A stretch of DNA of 64,000 bases from Balanoglossus misakiensis (GCA_040954595.2 CM082584.2:2449344-2513343); one strand, 5' to 3'; shown: positions 36,901 through 51,732, counted from the first letter of the stretch. The notes: generated by a model from the sequence alone, not told the origin. Numbers and translations: made by a program.

Positions 36901-39900
36901 GAATCATATTCAATGTCATCGTTACATTAGCAATGTCAAAGTACAGTGCTTTTGGACACGTATTAACCCAGGGATTTATCATCAACTTGAAATCCCCATA
37001 TGCATTTAATACCCATGTCAAAGTGAAGTGATTGCATCACTGTCTACCCTGATGCATCATCAACCTTGCTTCGCCATTTACCCTGATGCAAAGAATCAGA
37101 TTCAATGTCATCGTTACATTAGCAATGTCAAAGTACAGTGCTTTTGGACACGTTTTAACCCAGGGATTTATCATCAACTTGAAATCCCCATATGCATTTA
37201 ATACCAATGTCAAAGTGAAGTGATTGCATCACTATCTACCCTGATGCATCATCAACCTTGCTTCGCCATTTGCCCAGATGCAAAGAATCAGATTCAATGT
37301 CATCGTTGCATTAGCGATGTCAAATTAGAGTGCTTTTGGCCACGTATTAACCTATGGATTTACATTTAACATTAAATACCCATGTGAAAGTGCAGAGTTT
37401 GCATCACCATCTACTCTGATGCATCATTGAGCTTGCTTCGCCATTTGCCCTAATGCAAAGAATCGCATTCAATGTCACCATTGCATATGCAATGTCAAAG
37501 TACAGTGCTTTCCGCCACGTATTAACCCAGGAATTTACAGACAACCTTAAATCCCCCTGTAGGCATTTTATACCCATGTCAAAGTGCAGAGCTTGCATCA
37601 CTATCTACCCTGATGCATAATCAACCTTGCTTCGCCATTTACCCTGATGCAAAGAATCAGATTCAATGTCATCGTTGCATTAGCAATGTCAAAGTACAGT
37701 GCTTTTGGACACGTATTAACCTAGGAATTTACAGACAACTTTAAATCCCCCTGTAGGCATCTTATACCCATGTCAAAGTGAAGTGTTTGCATCACTATCT
37801 ACCCTGATGCATCATAAAGCTTGCTACGCCATTTACCCTGATGCAAAGAATCATATTCAATGTCATCATTGCATTAGCAATGTCAAAGTACAGTGCTTTT
37901 CGACACGTATTAACCCACAGATTTTTCAACAACCTGAAATCCCCATATGCATTTAATACCCATGTCAAAGTGAAGTGTTTGCATCACTATCTACCCTGAT
38001 GCATCATAAAGCTTGCTACGCCATTTACCCTGATGCAAAGAATCAGATTCAATGTCATCGTTACATTAGCAATGTCAAAGTACAGTGCTTTTGGACACGT
38101 ATTAACCCAGGGATTTATCATCAACTTGAAATCCCCATATGCATTTAATACCCATGTCAAAGTGAAGTGATTGCATCACTATCTACCCTGATGCATCATC
38201 AACCTTGCTTCGCCATTTGCCCAGATGCAAAGAATCAGATTCAATGTCATCGTTGCATTAGCAATGTCAAATTAGAGTGCTTTTGGCCACGTATTAACCT
38301 ATGGATTTACATTTAACATTAAATACCCATGTGAAAGTGCAGAGTTTGCATCACCATCTACTCTGATGCATCATTGAGCTTGCTTCGCCATTTGCCCTAA
38401 TGCAAAGAATCCCATTCAATGTCACCATTGCATATGCAATGTCAAAGTACAGTGCTTTCCGCCACGTATTAACCCAGGGATTTACAGACAACATTAAATC
38501 CCCCTGTAGGCATTTTATACCCATGTCAAAGTGCAGAGCTTGCATCACTATCTACCCTGATGCATAATCAACCTTGCTTCGCCATTTACCCTGATGCAAA
38601 GAATCAGATTCAATGTCATCGCTGCATTAGCAATGTCAAAGTACAGTGTTTTTGGACACGTATTAACCCAGGGATTTACAGACCACTTTAAATCCCCCTG
38701 TAGGCATTTTATACCCATGTCAAAGTGAAGTCTTTGCATCACTATCTACCCTGATGCATCATAAAGCTTGCTACGCCATTTACCCTGATGCAAAGAATCA
38801 GATTCAATGTCATCATTGCATTAGCAATGTCAAAGTACAGTGCTTTTCAACACGTATTAACCCACAGATTTTTCAACAACCTGAAATCCCCATATGCATT
38901 TAATACCCATGTCAAAGTGAAGTGTTTGCATCACTATCTACCCTGATGCATCATAAAGCTTGCTACGCCATTTACCCTGATGCAAAGAATCAGATTCAAT
39001 GTCATCGTTACATTAGCAATGTCAAAGTACAGTGCTTTTGGACACGTATTAACCCAGGGATTTATCATCAACTTGAAATCCCCATATGCATTTAATACCC
39101 ATGTCAAAGTGAAGTGATTGCATCACTATCTACCCTGATGCATCATCAACCTTGCTTCGCCATTTGCCCAGATGCAAAGAATCAGATTCAATGTCATCGT
39201 TGCATTAGCAATGTCAAATTAGAGTGCTTTTGGCCACGTATTAACCTATGGATTTACATTTAACATTAAATACCCATGTGAAAGTGCAGAGTTTGCATCA
39301 CCATCTACTCTGATGCATCATTGAGCTTGCTTCGCCATTTGCCCTAATGCAAAGAATCCCATTCAATGTCACCATTGCATATGCAATGTCAAAGTACAGT
39401 GCTTTCCGCCACGTATTAACCCAGGGATTTACAGACAACTTTAAATCCCCCTGTAGGCATTTTATACCCATGTCAAAGTGCAGAGCTTGCATCACTATCT
39501 ACCCTGATGCATAATCAACCTTGCTTCGCCATTTACCCTGATGCAAAGAATCAGATTCAATGTCATCGCTGCATTAGCAATGTCAAAGTACAGTGTTTTT
39601 GGACACATATTAACCCAGGGATTTACAGACAACTTTAAATCCCCCTGTAGGCATTTTATACCCATGTCAAAGTGAAGTGTTTGCATCACTATCTACCCTG
39701 ATGCGTCATAAAGCTTGCTACGCCATTTACCCTGATGCAAAGAATCAGATTCAATGTCATCATTGCATTAGCAATGTCAAAGTACAGTGCTTTTCGACAC
39801 GTATTAACCCACAGATTTTTCAACAACCTGAAATCCCCATATGCATTTAATACCCATGTCAAAGTGAAGTGTTTGCATCACTATCTACCCTGATGCGTCA

Positions 39901-42900
39901 TAAAGCTTGCTACGCCATTTACCCTGATGCAAAGAATCAGATTCAATGTCATCGTTGCATTAGCAATGTCAAAGTACAGTGCTTTTGGACACGTATTAAC
40001 CCACAGATTTTTCAACAACCTGAAATCCCCATATGCATTTAATACCCATGTCAAAGTGAAGTGTTTGCATCACTATCTACCCTGATGCATCATAAAGCTT
40101 GCTACGCCATTTACCCTGATGCAAAGAATCAGATTCAATGTCAAAGTACAGTGCTTTTGGACACGTATTAACCCAGGGATTTATCATCAATTTGAAATCC
40201 CCATATGCATTTAATACCAATGTCAAAGTGAAGTGATTGCATCACTATCTACCCTGATGCATCATAAACCTTGCTTCGCCATTTGCCCTGATGCAAAGAA
40301 TCAGATTCAATGTCATCGTTGCCTTAGCAATGTCAAATTAGAGTGCTTTTGGCCACGTATTAACCTATGGATTTACATTTAACATTAAATACCCATGTGA
40401 AAGTGCAGAGTTTGCATCACCATCTACTCTGATGCATCATCAACCTTGCTTCGCCATTTGCCCTGATGCAAAGAATCAGATTCAATGTCATCGCTGCATT
40501 AGCAATGTCAAAGTACAGTGTTTTTGGACACGTATTAACCCAGGGATTTACAGACAACTTTAAATCCCCCTGTAGGCATTTTATACCCATGTCAAAGTGA
40601 AGTGTTTGCATCACTATCTACCCTGATGCGTCATAAAGCTTGCTACGCCATTTACCCTGATGCAAAGAATCAGATTCAATGTCATCATTGCATTAGCAAT
40701 GTCAAAGTACAGTGCTTTTGGACACGTATTAACCCACAGATTTTTCAACAACCTGAAATCCCCATATGCATTTAATACCCATGTCAAAGTGAAGTGTTTG
40801 CATCACTATCTACCCTGATGCGTCATAAAGCTTGCTACGCCATTTACCCTAATGCAAAGAATCAGATTCAATGTCATCGTTGCATTAGCAATGTCAAAGT
40901 ACAGTGCTTTTGGACACGTATTAACCCACAGATTTTTCAACAACCTGAAATCCCCATATGCATTTAATACCCATGTCAAAGTGAAGTGTTTGCATCACTA
41001 TCTACCCTGATGCATCATAAAGCTTGCTACGCCATTTACCCTGATGCAAAGAATCAGATTCAATGTCATCGTTGCATTAGCAATGTCAAAGTACAGTGCT
41101 TTTGGACACGTATTAACCCAGGGATATATCATCAATTTGAAATCCCCATATGCATTTAATACCAATGTCAAAGTGAAGTGATTGCATCACTATCTACCCT
41201 GATGCATCATCAACCTTGCTTCGCCATTTGCCCTGATGCAAAGAATCAGATTCAATGTCATCGTTGCCTTAGCAATGTCAAATTAGAGTGCTTTTGGCCA
41301 AGTATTAACCTATGGATTTACATTTAACATTAAATACCAATGTGAAAGTGCAGAGTTTGCATCACCATCTACTCTGATGCATCATTGAGCTTGCTTCGCC
41401 ATTTGCCCTAATGCAAAGAATCCCATTCAATGTCACCATTGCATATGCAATGTCAAAGTACAGTGCTTTCCGCCACGTATTAACCCAGGGATTTACAGAC
41501 AACTTTAAATCCCCCAGTAGGCATTTTATACCCATGTCAAAGTGCAGAGCTTGCATCACTATCTACCCTGATGCATCATCAACCTTGCTTCGCCATTTAC
41601 CCTGATGCAAAGAATCAGATTCAATGTCATCGTTGCATTAGCAATGTCAAAGTACAGTGCTTTTGGACACGTATTAACCCAGGGATTTACAGACAACTTT
41701 AAATCCCCCTGTAGGCATTTTACACCCATGTCAAAGTGAAGTGTTTGCATCACTATCTACCCTGATGCATCATAAAGCTTGCTACGCCATTTACCCTGAT
41801 GCAAAGAATCAGATTCAATGTCATCATTGCATTAGCAATGTCAAAGTACAGTGCTTTTGGACACGTACTAACCCACAGATTTTTCAACAACCTGAAATCC
41901 CCATATGCATTTAATACCCATGTCAAAGTGAAGTGTTTGCATCACTATCTACCCTGATGCGTCATAAAGCTTGCTACGCCATTTACCCTGATGCAAAGAA
42001 TCAGATTCAATGTCATCGTTGCATTAGCAATGTCAAGGTACAGTGCTTTTGGACACGTATTAACCCACAGATTTTTCAACAACCTGAAATCCCCATATGC
42101 ATTTAATACCCATGTCAAAGTGAAGTGTTTGCATCACTATCTACCCTGATGCATCATAAAGCTTGCTACGCCATTTACCCTGATGCAAAGAATCAGATTC
42201 AATGTCATCGTTGCATTAGTAATGTCAAAGTACAGTGCTTTTGGACACGTATTAACCCAGGGATTTATCATCAATTTGAAATCCCCATATGCATTTAATA
42301 CCAATGTCAAAGTGAAGTGATTGCATCACTATCTACCCTGATGCATCATCAACCTTGCTTCGCCATTTGCCCTGATGCAAAGAATCAGATTCAATGTCAT
42401 CGTTGCATTAGCAATGTCAAATTAGAGTGCTTTTGGCCACGTATTAACCTATGGATTTACATTTAACATTAAATACCCATGTGAAAGTGCAGAGTTTGCA
42501 TCACCATCTACTCTGATGCATCATTGAGCTTGCTTCGCCATTTGCCCTAATGCAAAGAATCCCATTCAATGTCACCATTGCATATGCAATGTCAAAGTAC
42601 AGTGCTTTCCGCCACGTATTAACCCAGGGATTTACAGACAACTTTAAATCCCCCTGTAGGCATTTTATACCCATGTCAAAGTGCAGAGCTTGCATCACTA
42701 TCTACCCTGATGCATCATCAACCTTGCTTCGCCATTTACCCTGATGCAAAGAATCAGATTCAATGTCATCGTTGCATTAGCAATGTCAAAGTACAGTGCT
42801 TTTGGACACGTATTAACCCAGGGATTTACAGACAACTTTAAATCCCCCTGTAGGCATTTTATACCCATGTCAAAGTGAAGTGTTTGCATCACTATCTACC

Positions 42901-45900
42901 CTGATGCATCATAAAGCTTGTTACGCCATTTACCCTGATGCAAAGAATCAGATTCAATGTCATCATTGCATTAGCAATGTCAAAGTACAGTGCTTTTCGA
43001 CACGTATTAACCCACAGATTTTTCAACAACCTGAAATCCCCCTATGCATTTAATACCCATGTCAAAGTGAAGTGTTTGCATCACTATCTACCCTGATGCA
43101 ACATAAAGCTTGCTACGCCATTTACCCTGATGCAAAGAATCAGATTCAATGTCATCGTTATATTAGCAATGTCAAAGTACAGTGCTTTTGGACACGTATT
43201 AACCCAGGGATTTATCATCAACTTGAAATCCCCATATGCATTTAATACCCATGTCAAAGTGAAGTGATTGCATCACTATCTATCCTGATGCATCATCAAC
43301 CTTGCTTGGCTATTTGCCCTGATGCAAAGAATCAGATTCAATGTCATCGTTGCATTAGCAATGTCAAATTAGAGTGCTTTTGGCCACGTATTAACCTATG
43401 GATTTACATTTAACATTAAATACAATGTGAAAGTGCAGAGTTTGCATCACCATCTACTCTGATGCATCATTGAGCTTGCTTCGCCATTTGCCCTAATGCA
43501 AAGAATCCCATTCAATGTCACCATTGCAAATGCAATGTCAAAGTACAGTGCTTTCCGCCACGTATTAACCCAGGGATTTACAGCCAACTTTAAATCCCCC
43601 AGTAGGCATTTTATACCCATGTCAAAGTGCAGAGCTTGCATCACTATCTACCCTGATGCATCATCAACCTTGCTTCGCCATTTACCCTGATGCAAAGAAT
43701 CAGATTCAATGTCATCGTTGCATTAGCAATGTCAAAGTACAGTGCTTTTGGACACGTATTAACCCAGGGATTTACAGACAACTTTAAATCCCCCTGTAGG
43801 CATTTTACACCCATGTCAAAGTGAAGTGTTTGCATCACTATCTACCCAGATGCATCATAAAGCTTGCTACGCCATTTACCCTGATGCAAAGAATCAGATT
43901 CAATGTCATCGTTGCATTAGCAATGTCAAAGTACAGTGCTTTTGGACACGTATTAACCCACAGATTTTTCAACAACATGAAATCCCCATATGCATTTAAT
44001 ACCCATGTCAAAGTGAAGTGTTTGCATCACTATCTACCCTGATGCATCATAAAGCTTGCTACGCCATATACCCTGATGCAAAGAATCAGATTCAATGTCA
44101 TCGTTGCATTAGCAATGTCAAATTAGAGTGCTTTTGGCCACGTATTAACCTATGGATTTACATTTAACATTAAATACCCATGTGAAAGTGCAGAGTTTGC
44201 ATCACCATCTACTGTGATGCATCATTGAGCTTGCCTCGCCATTTGCCCTAATGCAAAGAATCCCATTCAATGTCACCATTGCATATGCAATGTCAAAGTA
44301 CAGTGCTTTCCGCCACGTATTAACCCAGGGATTTACAGACAACTTTAAATCCCCCAGTAGGCATTTTATACCCATGTCAAAGTGCAGAGCTTGCATCACT
44401 TTCTACCCTGATGCATCATCAACCTTGCTTCGCCATTTACCCTGATGCAAAGAATCAGATTCAATGTCATCGTTGCATTAGCAATGTCAAAGTACAGTGC
44501 TTTTGGACACGTATTAACCCAGGGATTCACAGACAACTTTAAATCCCCCTGTAGGCATTTTATACCCATGTCAAAGTGAAGTGTTTGCATCACTATCTAC
44601 CCTGATGCATCATAAAGCTTGCTACGCCATTTACCCTGATGCAAAGAATCAGATTCAATGTCATCGTTGCATTAGCAATATCAAAGTACAGTGCTTTTGG
44701 ACACGTATTAACCCAGGGATTTATCATCAACTTGAAATCCCCATATGCATTTAATACCAATGTCAAAGTGAAGTGATTGCATCACTATCTACCCTGATGC
44801 ATCATCAACCTTGCTTCGCCATTTGCCCTGATGCAAAGAATCAGATTCAATGTCATCGTTGCATTAGCAATGTCAAATTAGAGTGCTTTTGGCCACGTAT
44901 TAACCTATGGATTTACATTTAACATTAAATACCCATGTGAAAGTGCAGAGTTTGCATCACCATCTACTCTGATGCATCATTGAGCTTGCTTCGCCATTTG
45001 CCCTAATGCAAAGAATCCCATTCAATGTCACCATTGCATATGCAATGTCAAAGTACAGTGCTTTCCGCCACGTATTAACCCAGGGATTTACAGACAACTT
45101 TAAATCCCCCTGTAGGCATTTTATACCCATGTCAAAGTGCAGAGCTTGCATCACTATCTACCCTGATGCATAATCAACCTTGCTTCGCCATTTACCCTGA
45201 TGCAAAGAATCAGATTCAATGTCATCGTTGCATTAGCAATGTCAAAGTACAGTGCTTTTGGACACGTATTAACCCAGGGATTTACAGACAACTTTAAATC
45301 CCCCTGTAGGCATTTTATACCCATGTCAAAGTGAAGTGTTTGCATCACTATCTACCCTGATGCATCATAAAGCTCGTTACGCCATTTACTCTGATGCAAA
45401 GAATCAGATTCAATGTCATCATTGCATTAGCAATGTCAAAGTACAGTGCTTTTGGACACGTATTAACCCACAGATTTTTCAACAACCTGAAATCCCCCTA
45501 TGCATTTAATACCCATGTCAAAGTGAAGTGTTTGCATCACTATCTACCCTGATGCAACATAAAGCTTGCTACGCCATTTACCCTGATGCAAAGAATCAGA
45601 TTCAATGTCATCGTTATATTAGCAATGTCAAAGTACAGTGCTTTTGGACACGTATTAACCCAGGGATTTATCATCAACTTGAAATCCCCATATGCATTTA
45701 ATACCCATGTCAAAGTGAAGTGATTGCATCACTATCTATCCTGATGCATCATCAACCTTGCTTCGCCATTTGCCCTGATGCAGAGAATCAGATTCAATGT
45801 CATCGTTGCATTAGCAATGTCAAATTAGAGTGCTTTTGGCCACGTATTAACCTATGGATTTACATTTAACATTAAATACCCATGTGAAAGTGCAGAGTTT

Positions 45901-48900
45901 GCATCACCATCTACTCTGATGAATCATTACGCTTGCTTACGAATTTGCCCTAATGCAAAGAATCCCATTCAATGTCACCATTGCATATGCAATGTCAAAG
46001 TACAGTGCTTTCCGCCACGTATTAACCCAGGGATTTACAGACAACTTTAAATCCCCCTGTAGGCATTTTATACCCATGTTAAAGTGCAGAGCTTGCATCA
46101 CTATCTACCCTGATGCATCATAAAGCTTGCTACGCCATTTACCCTGATGCAAAGAATCAGATTCAATGTCATCGTTGCATTAGCAATGTCAAAGTACAGT
46201 GTTTTTGGACACGTATTAACCCAGGGATTTACAGACAACTTTAAATCCCCCTGTAGGCATTTTATACCCATGTCAAAGTGAAGTGTTTGCATCACTATCT
46301 ACCCTGATGCATCATAAAGCTTGCTACGCCATTTACCCTGATGCAAAGAATCAGATTCAATGTCATCGTTGCATTAGCAATGTCAAATTAGAGTGCTTTT
46401 GGCCACGTATTAACCTATGGATTTACATTTAACATTAAATACCCATGTGAAAGTGCAGAGTTTGCATCACCATCTACTCTGATGCATCATTGAGCTTGCT
46501 TCGCCATTTGCCCTAATGCAAAGAATCCCATTCAATGTCACCATTGCATATGCAATGTCAAAGTACAGTGCTTTCCGCCACGTATTAACCCAGGGATTTA
46601 CAGACAACTTTAAATCCCCCTGTAGGCATTTTATACCCATGTCAAAGTGAAGTGTTTGCATCACTATCTACCCTGATGCATCATAAAGCTTGCTACGCCA
46701 TTTACCCTGATGCAAAGAATCAGATTCAATGTCATCATTGCATTAGCAATGTCAAAGTACAGTGCTTTTCGACACGTATTAACCCACAGATTTTTCAACA
46801 ACCTGAAATCCCCATATGCATTTAATACCCATGACAAAGTGAAGTGTTTGCATTACTATCTACCCTGATGCATCATAAAGCTTGCTACGCCATTTACCCT
46901 GATGCAAACAATCAGATTCAATGTCATCGTTGCATTAGCAATGTCAAAGAACAGTGCTTTTGGACACGTATTAACCCACAGATTTTTCAACAACCTGAAA
47001 TCCCCATATGCATTTAATACCCATGTCAAAGTGAAGTGTTTGCATTACTATCTACCCTGATGCATCATAAAGCTTGCTACGCCATTTACCCTGATGCAAA
47101 GAATCATATTCAATGTCATCGTTGCATTAGCAATGTCAAAGTACAGTGCTTTTGGACACGTATTAACCCACAGATTTTTCAACAACCTGAAATCCCCATA
47201 TGCATTTAATACCCATGTCAAAGTGAAGTGTTTGCATTACTATCTACCCTGATGCATCATAAAGCTTGCTACGCCATATACCCTGATGCAAAGAATCAGA
47301 TTCAATGTCATCGTTGCATTAGCAATGTCAAATTACAGTGCTTTTGGACACGTATTAAACCAGGGATTTATCATCAACTTGAAATCCCCATATGCATTTA
47401 ATACCAATGTCAAAGTGAAGTGATTGCATCACTATCTACCCTGATGCATCATCAACCTTGCTTCGCCATTTGCCCTGATGCAAAGAATCAGATTCAATGT
47501 CATCGTTGCATTAGCAATGTCAAATTAGAGTGCTTTTGGCCACGTATTAACCTATGGATTTACAGTTAACAATAAATACCCATGTGAAAGTGCAGAGTTT
47601 GCATCACCATCTACTCTGATGCATCATTGAGCTTGCATGCCATTTGCCCTAATGCAAAGAATCCCATTCAATGTCACCATTGCATATGCAATGTCAAAGT
47701 ACAGTGCTTTCCGCCACGTATTAACCCAGGGATTTACAGACAACTTTAAATCCCCCTGTAGGCATTTTATACCCATGTTAAAGTGCAGAGCTTGCATCAC
47801 TATCTACCCTGATGCATCATCAACATTGCTTCGCCATTTACCCTGATGCAAAGAATCAGATTCAATGTCATCGCTGCATTAGCAATGTCAAAGTACAGTG
47901 TTTTTGGACACGTATTAACCCAGGGATTTACAGACAACTTTAAATCCCCCTGTAGGCATTTTATACCCATGTCAAAGTGAAGTGTTTGCATCACTATCTA
48001 CCCTGATGCATCATAAAGCTTGCTACGCCATTTACCCTGATGCAAAGAATCAGATTCAATGTCATCATTGCATTAGCAATGTCAAAGTACAGTGCTTTTG
48101 GACACGTATTAACCCACAGATTTTTCAACAACCTGAAATCCCCATATGCATTTAATACCCATGTCAAAGTGAAGTGTTTGCATTACTATCTACCCTGATG
48201 CATCATAAAGCTTGCTACGCCATATACCCTGATGCAAAGAATCAGATTCAATGTCATCGTTGCATTAGCAATGTCAAATTAGAGTGCTTTTGGCCACGTA
48301 TTAACCTATGGATTTACAGTTAACATTAAATACCCATGTGAAAGTGCAGAGTTTGCATCACCATCTACTCCGATGCATCATTGAGCTTGCTTCGCCATTT
48401 GCCCTAATGCAAAGAATCCCATTCAATGTCACCATTGCATATGCAATGTCAAAGTACAGTGCTTTCCGCCACGTATTAACCCAGGGATTTACAGACAACT
48501 TTAAATCCCCCTGTAGGCATTTTATACCCATGTCAAAGTGCAGAGCTTGCATCACTATCTACCCTGATGCATCATCAACCTTGCTTCGCCATTTGCCCTG
48601 ATGCAAAGAATCAGATTCAATGTCATCGTTGCATTAGCAATGTCAAATTAGAGTGCTTTTGGCCACGTATTAACCTATGGATTTACATTTAACATTAAAT
48701 ACCCATGTGAAAGTGCAGAGTTTGCATCACCATCTACTCTGATGCATCATTGAGCTTGCTTCGCCATTTACCCTGATGCAAAGAATCTGATTCAATGTCA
48801 TCGTTGCATTAGCAATGTCAAAGTACAGTGCTTTTGGACACGTATTAACCCAGGGATTTATCATCAACTTGAAATCCCCATATGCATTTAATACCCATGT

Positions 48901-49275
48901 CAAAGTGAAGTGATTGCATCACTATCTACCCTGATGCATCATCAACCTTGCTTCGCCATTTGCCCTGATGCAAAGAATCAGATTCAATGTCATCGTTCCA
49001 TTAACAATGTCAAAATAGAGTGCTTTTGGCCACGTATTAACCTATGGATTTACATTTAACATTAAATACCCATGTGAAAGTGCAGAGCTTGCATCACCAT
49101 CTACTCTGATGCATCATTGAGCTTGCTTCGCCATTTGCCCTAATGCAAAGAATCCCATTCAATGTCATCGTTGCATTAGCAATGTCAAAGTACAGTGCTT
49201 TCCGCCACGTATTAACCCAGGGATTTACTGACAACTTTAAATCCCCCTATACACATTTTATACCCATGTCAAAGT

Positions 49276-49315
49276 GCCAGGGTTCGAACCCATGATCCTC
49301 TAACCACTGGACTAT
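49276..49315 (-). mobile_element. tRNA-derived SINE head remnant
   Basis: Minus strand reads ATAGTCCAGTGGTTAGAGGATCATGGGTTCGAACCCTGGC: Pol III A-box-like and B-box-like motifs with the middle missing. Confidence 0.4.
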
Positions 49316-50519
49316 GACTATGTGACAGAATGACCTTTCTGTATGGTGCCTTGTTTAGCTCCTAGTCAGATTTCAAGAAAATGTGGAAAAGTGCAAATTA
49401 GTCTCTTTGAATTTCCAACAACTCAGTTTGTCAGCTCCCATATCCCAGTTCTCTGACCAGTTCCCGTTCTTCTTAGATGTCACAATACTGATCACAAGAC
49501 ATGCAGTTGTACACTTTGCGGAAAACATTATGAATATATGCAGATAAGAAAAGACTTACTTGTGGGCAATTTAAACACAACATTTTGAGTAAAGTGGGTA
49601 AAATAGGATTAAAGTTGGTTTATAAAGGCATATCGAAAAGAATCTACTTCAATTTGTTCATTTCTGAAATTTGAGAATATGAATATGCATGTTTTATTTG
49701 CCATATATGAACACCAATGAAAAGTTATGTTTCCAGCTTAGGTATTGGTGGATTTGAACCACCTGACATCAGAAGACGCCTCCAGAATACCTCTAATTTG
49801 GTTGCATAATTTTCATGTGAATGTTCATAATATAGCGATTGATTAATCCCTAATTTTTTATTTTTATTTTTTTTTTTTTTTTTGGGGGGGGGGGGGGGGG
49901 GCTGGAGGGGGGTGGAGGTTCAAGTAGTAAATCTTGCAGGCCAATTTGAAACAATGTGTCATGTAGTTAACCTGAAAGAAATTAACACAAATAGTTTCTG
50001 CTCTTTTTGAAACAAGGTGTCATGTGGTTGAACTGTGACAATGGGCCAGTCAAAATAGCATCTGCAAATTATGCACACAATAGAGTGATGGGTTAGTGGG
50101 TTAAGTTTACTTTTACCTTAGCATTATATAACACACTATCGTGTACATAATCTCGCAGAGCTCTATCATAATTGTTTTCAAATAAAGCAAGATAACTACT
50201 TGTATGATTACATATCTAATTTACGCGCCTAAAGGGCAGTTAAAAACCTCAGACCAGTTACAAAAGAGGAAAAAAAACTGTCCTCTCCTCCTCTCACCCC
50301 ATGATCTAAGCTAAATTTGGAATTTGGATGGGGTGGGGAGGTTTAGCTAACCTAACATGTTCTGCCTGTCTGTCGCGTACAATGTGTCCATGCGCGAATA
50401 CGATCACGGGTACCGTTGCGAGAAATTCCACCGAATAACGATGCTGACGAGTATTATCTATCTAAGAAATAATAGCATGTTATTCATAAAACATACACAT
50501 TAACCAATTAATGAACCAA

Positions 50520-51050
50520 CATGATTATTAGACCCTGGACACTTATTTAATGTTATATCATTATTATACCTCTGTCATCATCATCAATATTAACACCCTT
50601 GTATACTTAATATCACCATAAGTCATCACCGCAATTATTAATCGTTATTATACCCTTCCATGATTGTTACCTTTATTAAACCCGACACAGTTATCACCAT
50701 TTATTATACCCTTCTCATTCATATACCCATTATAACCTGTGTACACAAGTCATCATCATATTATAAACCCATTATTATACCTTTTATACCAGTCACATTT
50801 GTTACCCTATTATCATTCCCTTCATCCAAAAAACCACTGTTACCCCTGTATAACCTGTGTACACTCAAATTTTACCATAAGCCATCATCACATTTGTAAC
50901 CCTTTTATTAAACCATTCATATTTGTTCGCCTTTATTATACCATACACATTTATGAACCTATTATCATACCCTGCACAAAGCCATTGCTGTTAACCTCAT
51001 TTTAGCATAAGTAATCACTACCAATTATTAACCTGATTTATTGGACTATT
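50520..51050. repeat. Degenerate G-poor low-complexity minisatellite (ATTATTATACCC-like)
   Basis: Recurrent (A/T)TTATTATACC, TTAAACC and CATCA words with strong strand bias. Confidence 0.55.
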
Positions 51051-51140
51051 AAGTTTTATATTACGATCACTTTGTTTTGTACTCCTATATAACTCTACCT
51101 CATAATTTCGGTCAATAGGTTTATTATGTTGAAACTCCAC

Positions 51141-51732
51141 TTCTCCATCCTTCCACATCTCCATCCTTTAAGTTGACGCTCCACGGCACCATCCATCCAC
51201 CAAAGTTTATATTTCAGCAGGTTGACTATGGTTGACGCCCCGCACCATCCATCCATCAAAGTTTAATATTAGTAGGTTGACTATGATTGACACTCCGCTC
51301 CATCCATCCATCCATCAAATTTTACGTTAGTAGGTTGATTATGGTGTTACCAGTGAGCCCTACAGGAAAAAAAAGAGAAAAAAGAGAAAAAAAAACTCTT
51401 CTTCTCCATCCTTCCACTTCTCCATCGTTTAAGTTGACGCTCCATGGCACTATCCATCCATCAAAGTTTATATTTCAGCAGGTTGACTATGGTTGACGCT
51501 CCGCCCCATCCATCCATCAAAGTTTATATTTAGTAGGTTGACTATGGTTGACGCTCCGTTCCATCCATCCATCAAAGTTTAATATTAGTAGGTTGACTAT
51601 GGTTGACGCTCCGCTCCATCCATCCATCAAAGTTTATATTAGTAGGTTGACTATGGTTGACACTCCGCTCCACCCATCCATCAAATTTTACGTTAGTAGG
51701 TTGATTATGGTGTTACCATTGGGGCCTACAGG
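51141..51732. repeat. ~55-58-bp minisatellite in two duplicated blocks
   Basis: AGGTTGACTATGGTTGACGCTCCG..CCATCCATCCATCAAAGTTTA repeated. Block 51141-51367 (3 units) recurs at 51401-51732 (5 units) with the same head and tail. Confidence 0.9.

Larger units (their letters stand above)
29768..49277. repeat. Satellite array of 192/193-bp (and 177-bp) monomers with higher-order repeats, roughly 85-90 monomers
   Basis: Unit GCATCACTATCTACCCTGATGCATCAT...CAATGTCAAAGTACAGTGC...ATACCCATGTCAAAGTG repeated in tandem. Marker ORFs recur at 1139, 947 and 755 bp spacings. Confidence 0.97.

Noticed and set aside
29768-49277. Dozens of 64-65-aa ORFs suggesting a tandem peptide gene family or a giant repeat protein
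   Set aside because: They are by-products of the 192/193-bp monomer. Frames shift between units, stops recur, both strands give ORFs, and no splice or domain signal is seen.
29768-49277. CRISPR-like array
   Set aside because: No unique spacers; whole monomers repeat. Eukaryotic context with no cas genes.
49276-49315. tRNA gene
   Set aside because: Only A- and B-box-like motifs; anticodon arm missing, so no cloverleaf.
49444-49466. Right TIR matching 23449 (CCCAGTTCTCTGACCAGTTCCC)
   Set aside because: Only TCTGACCAG matches exactly, there is no TWA TSD, and no transposase 3' exons precede it.
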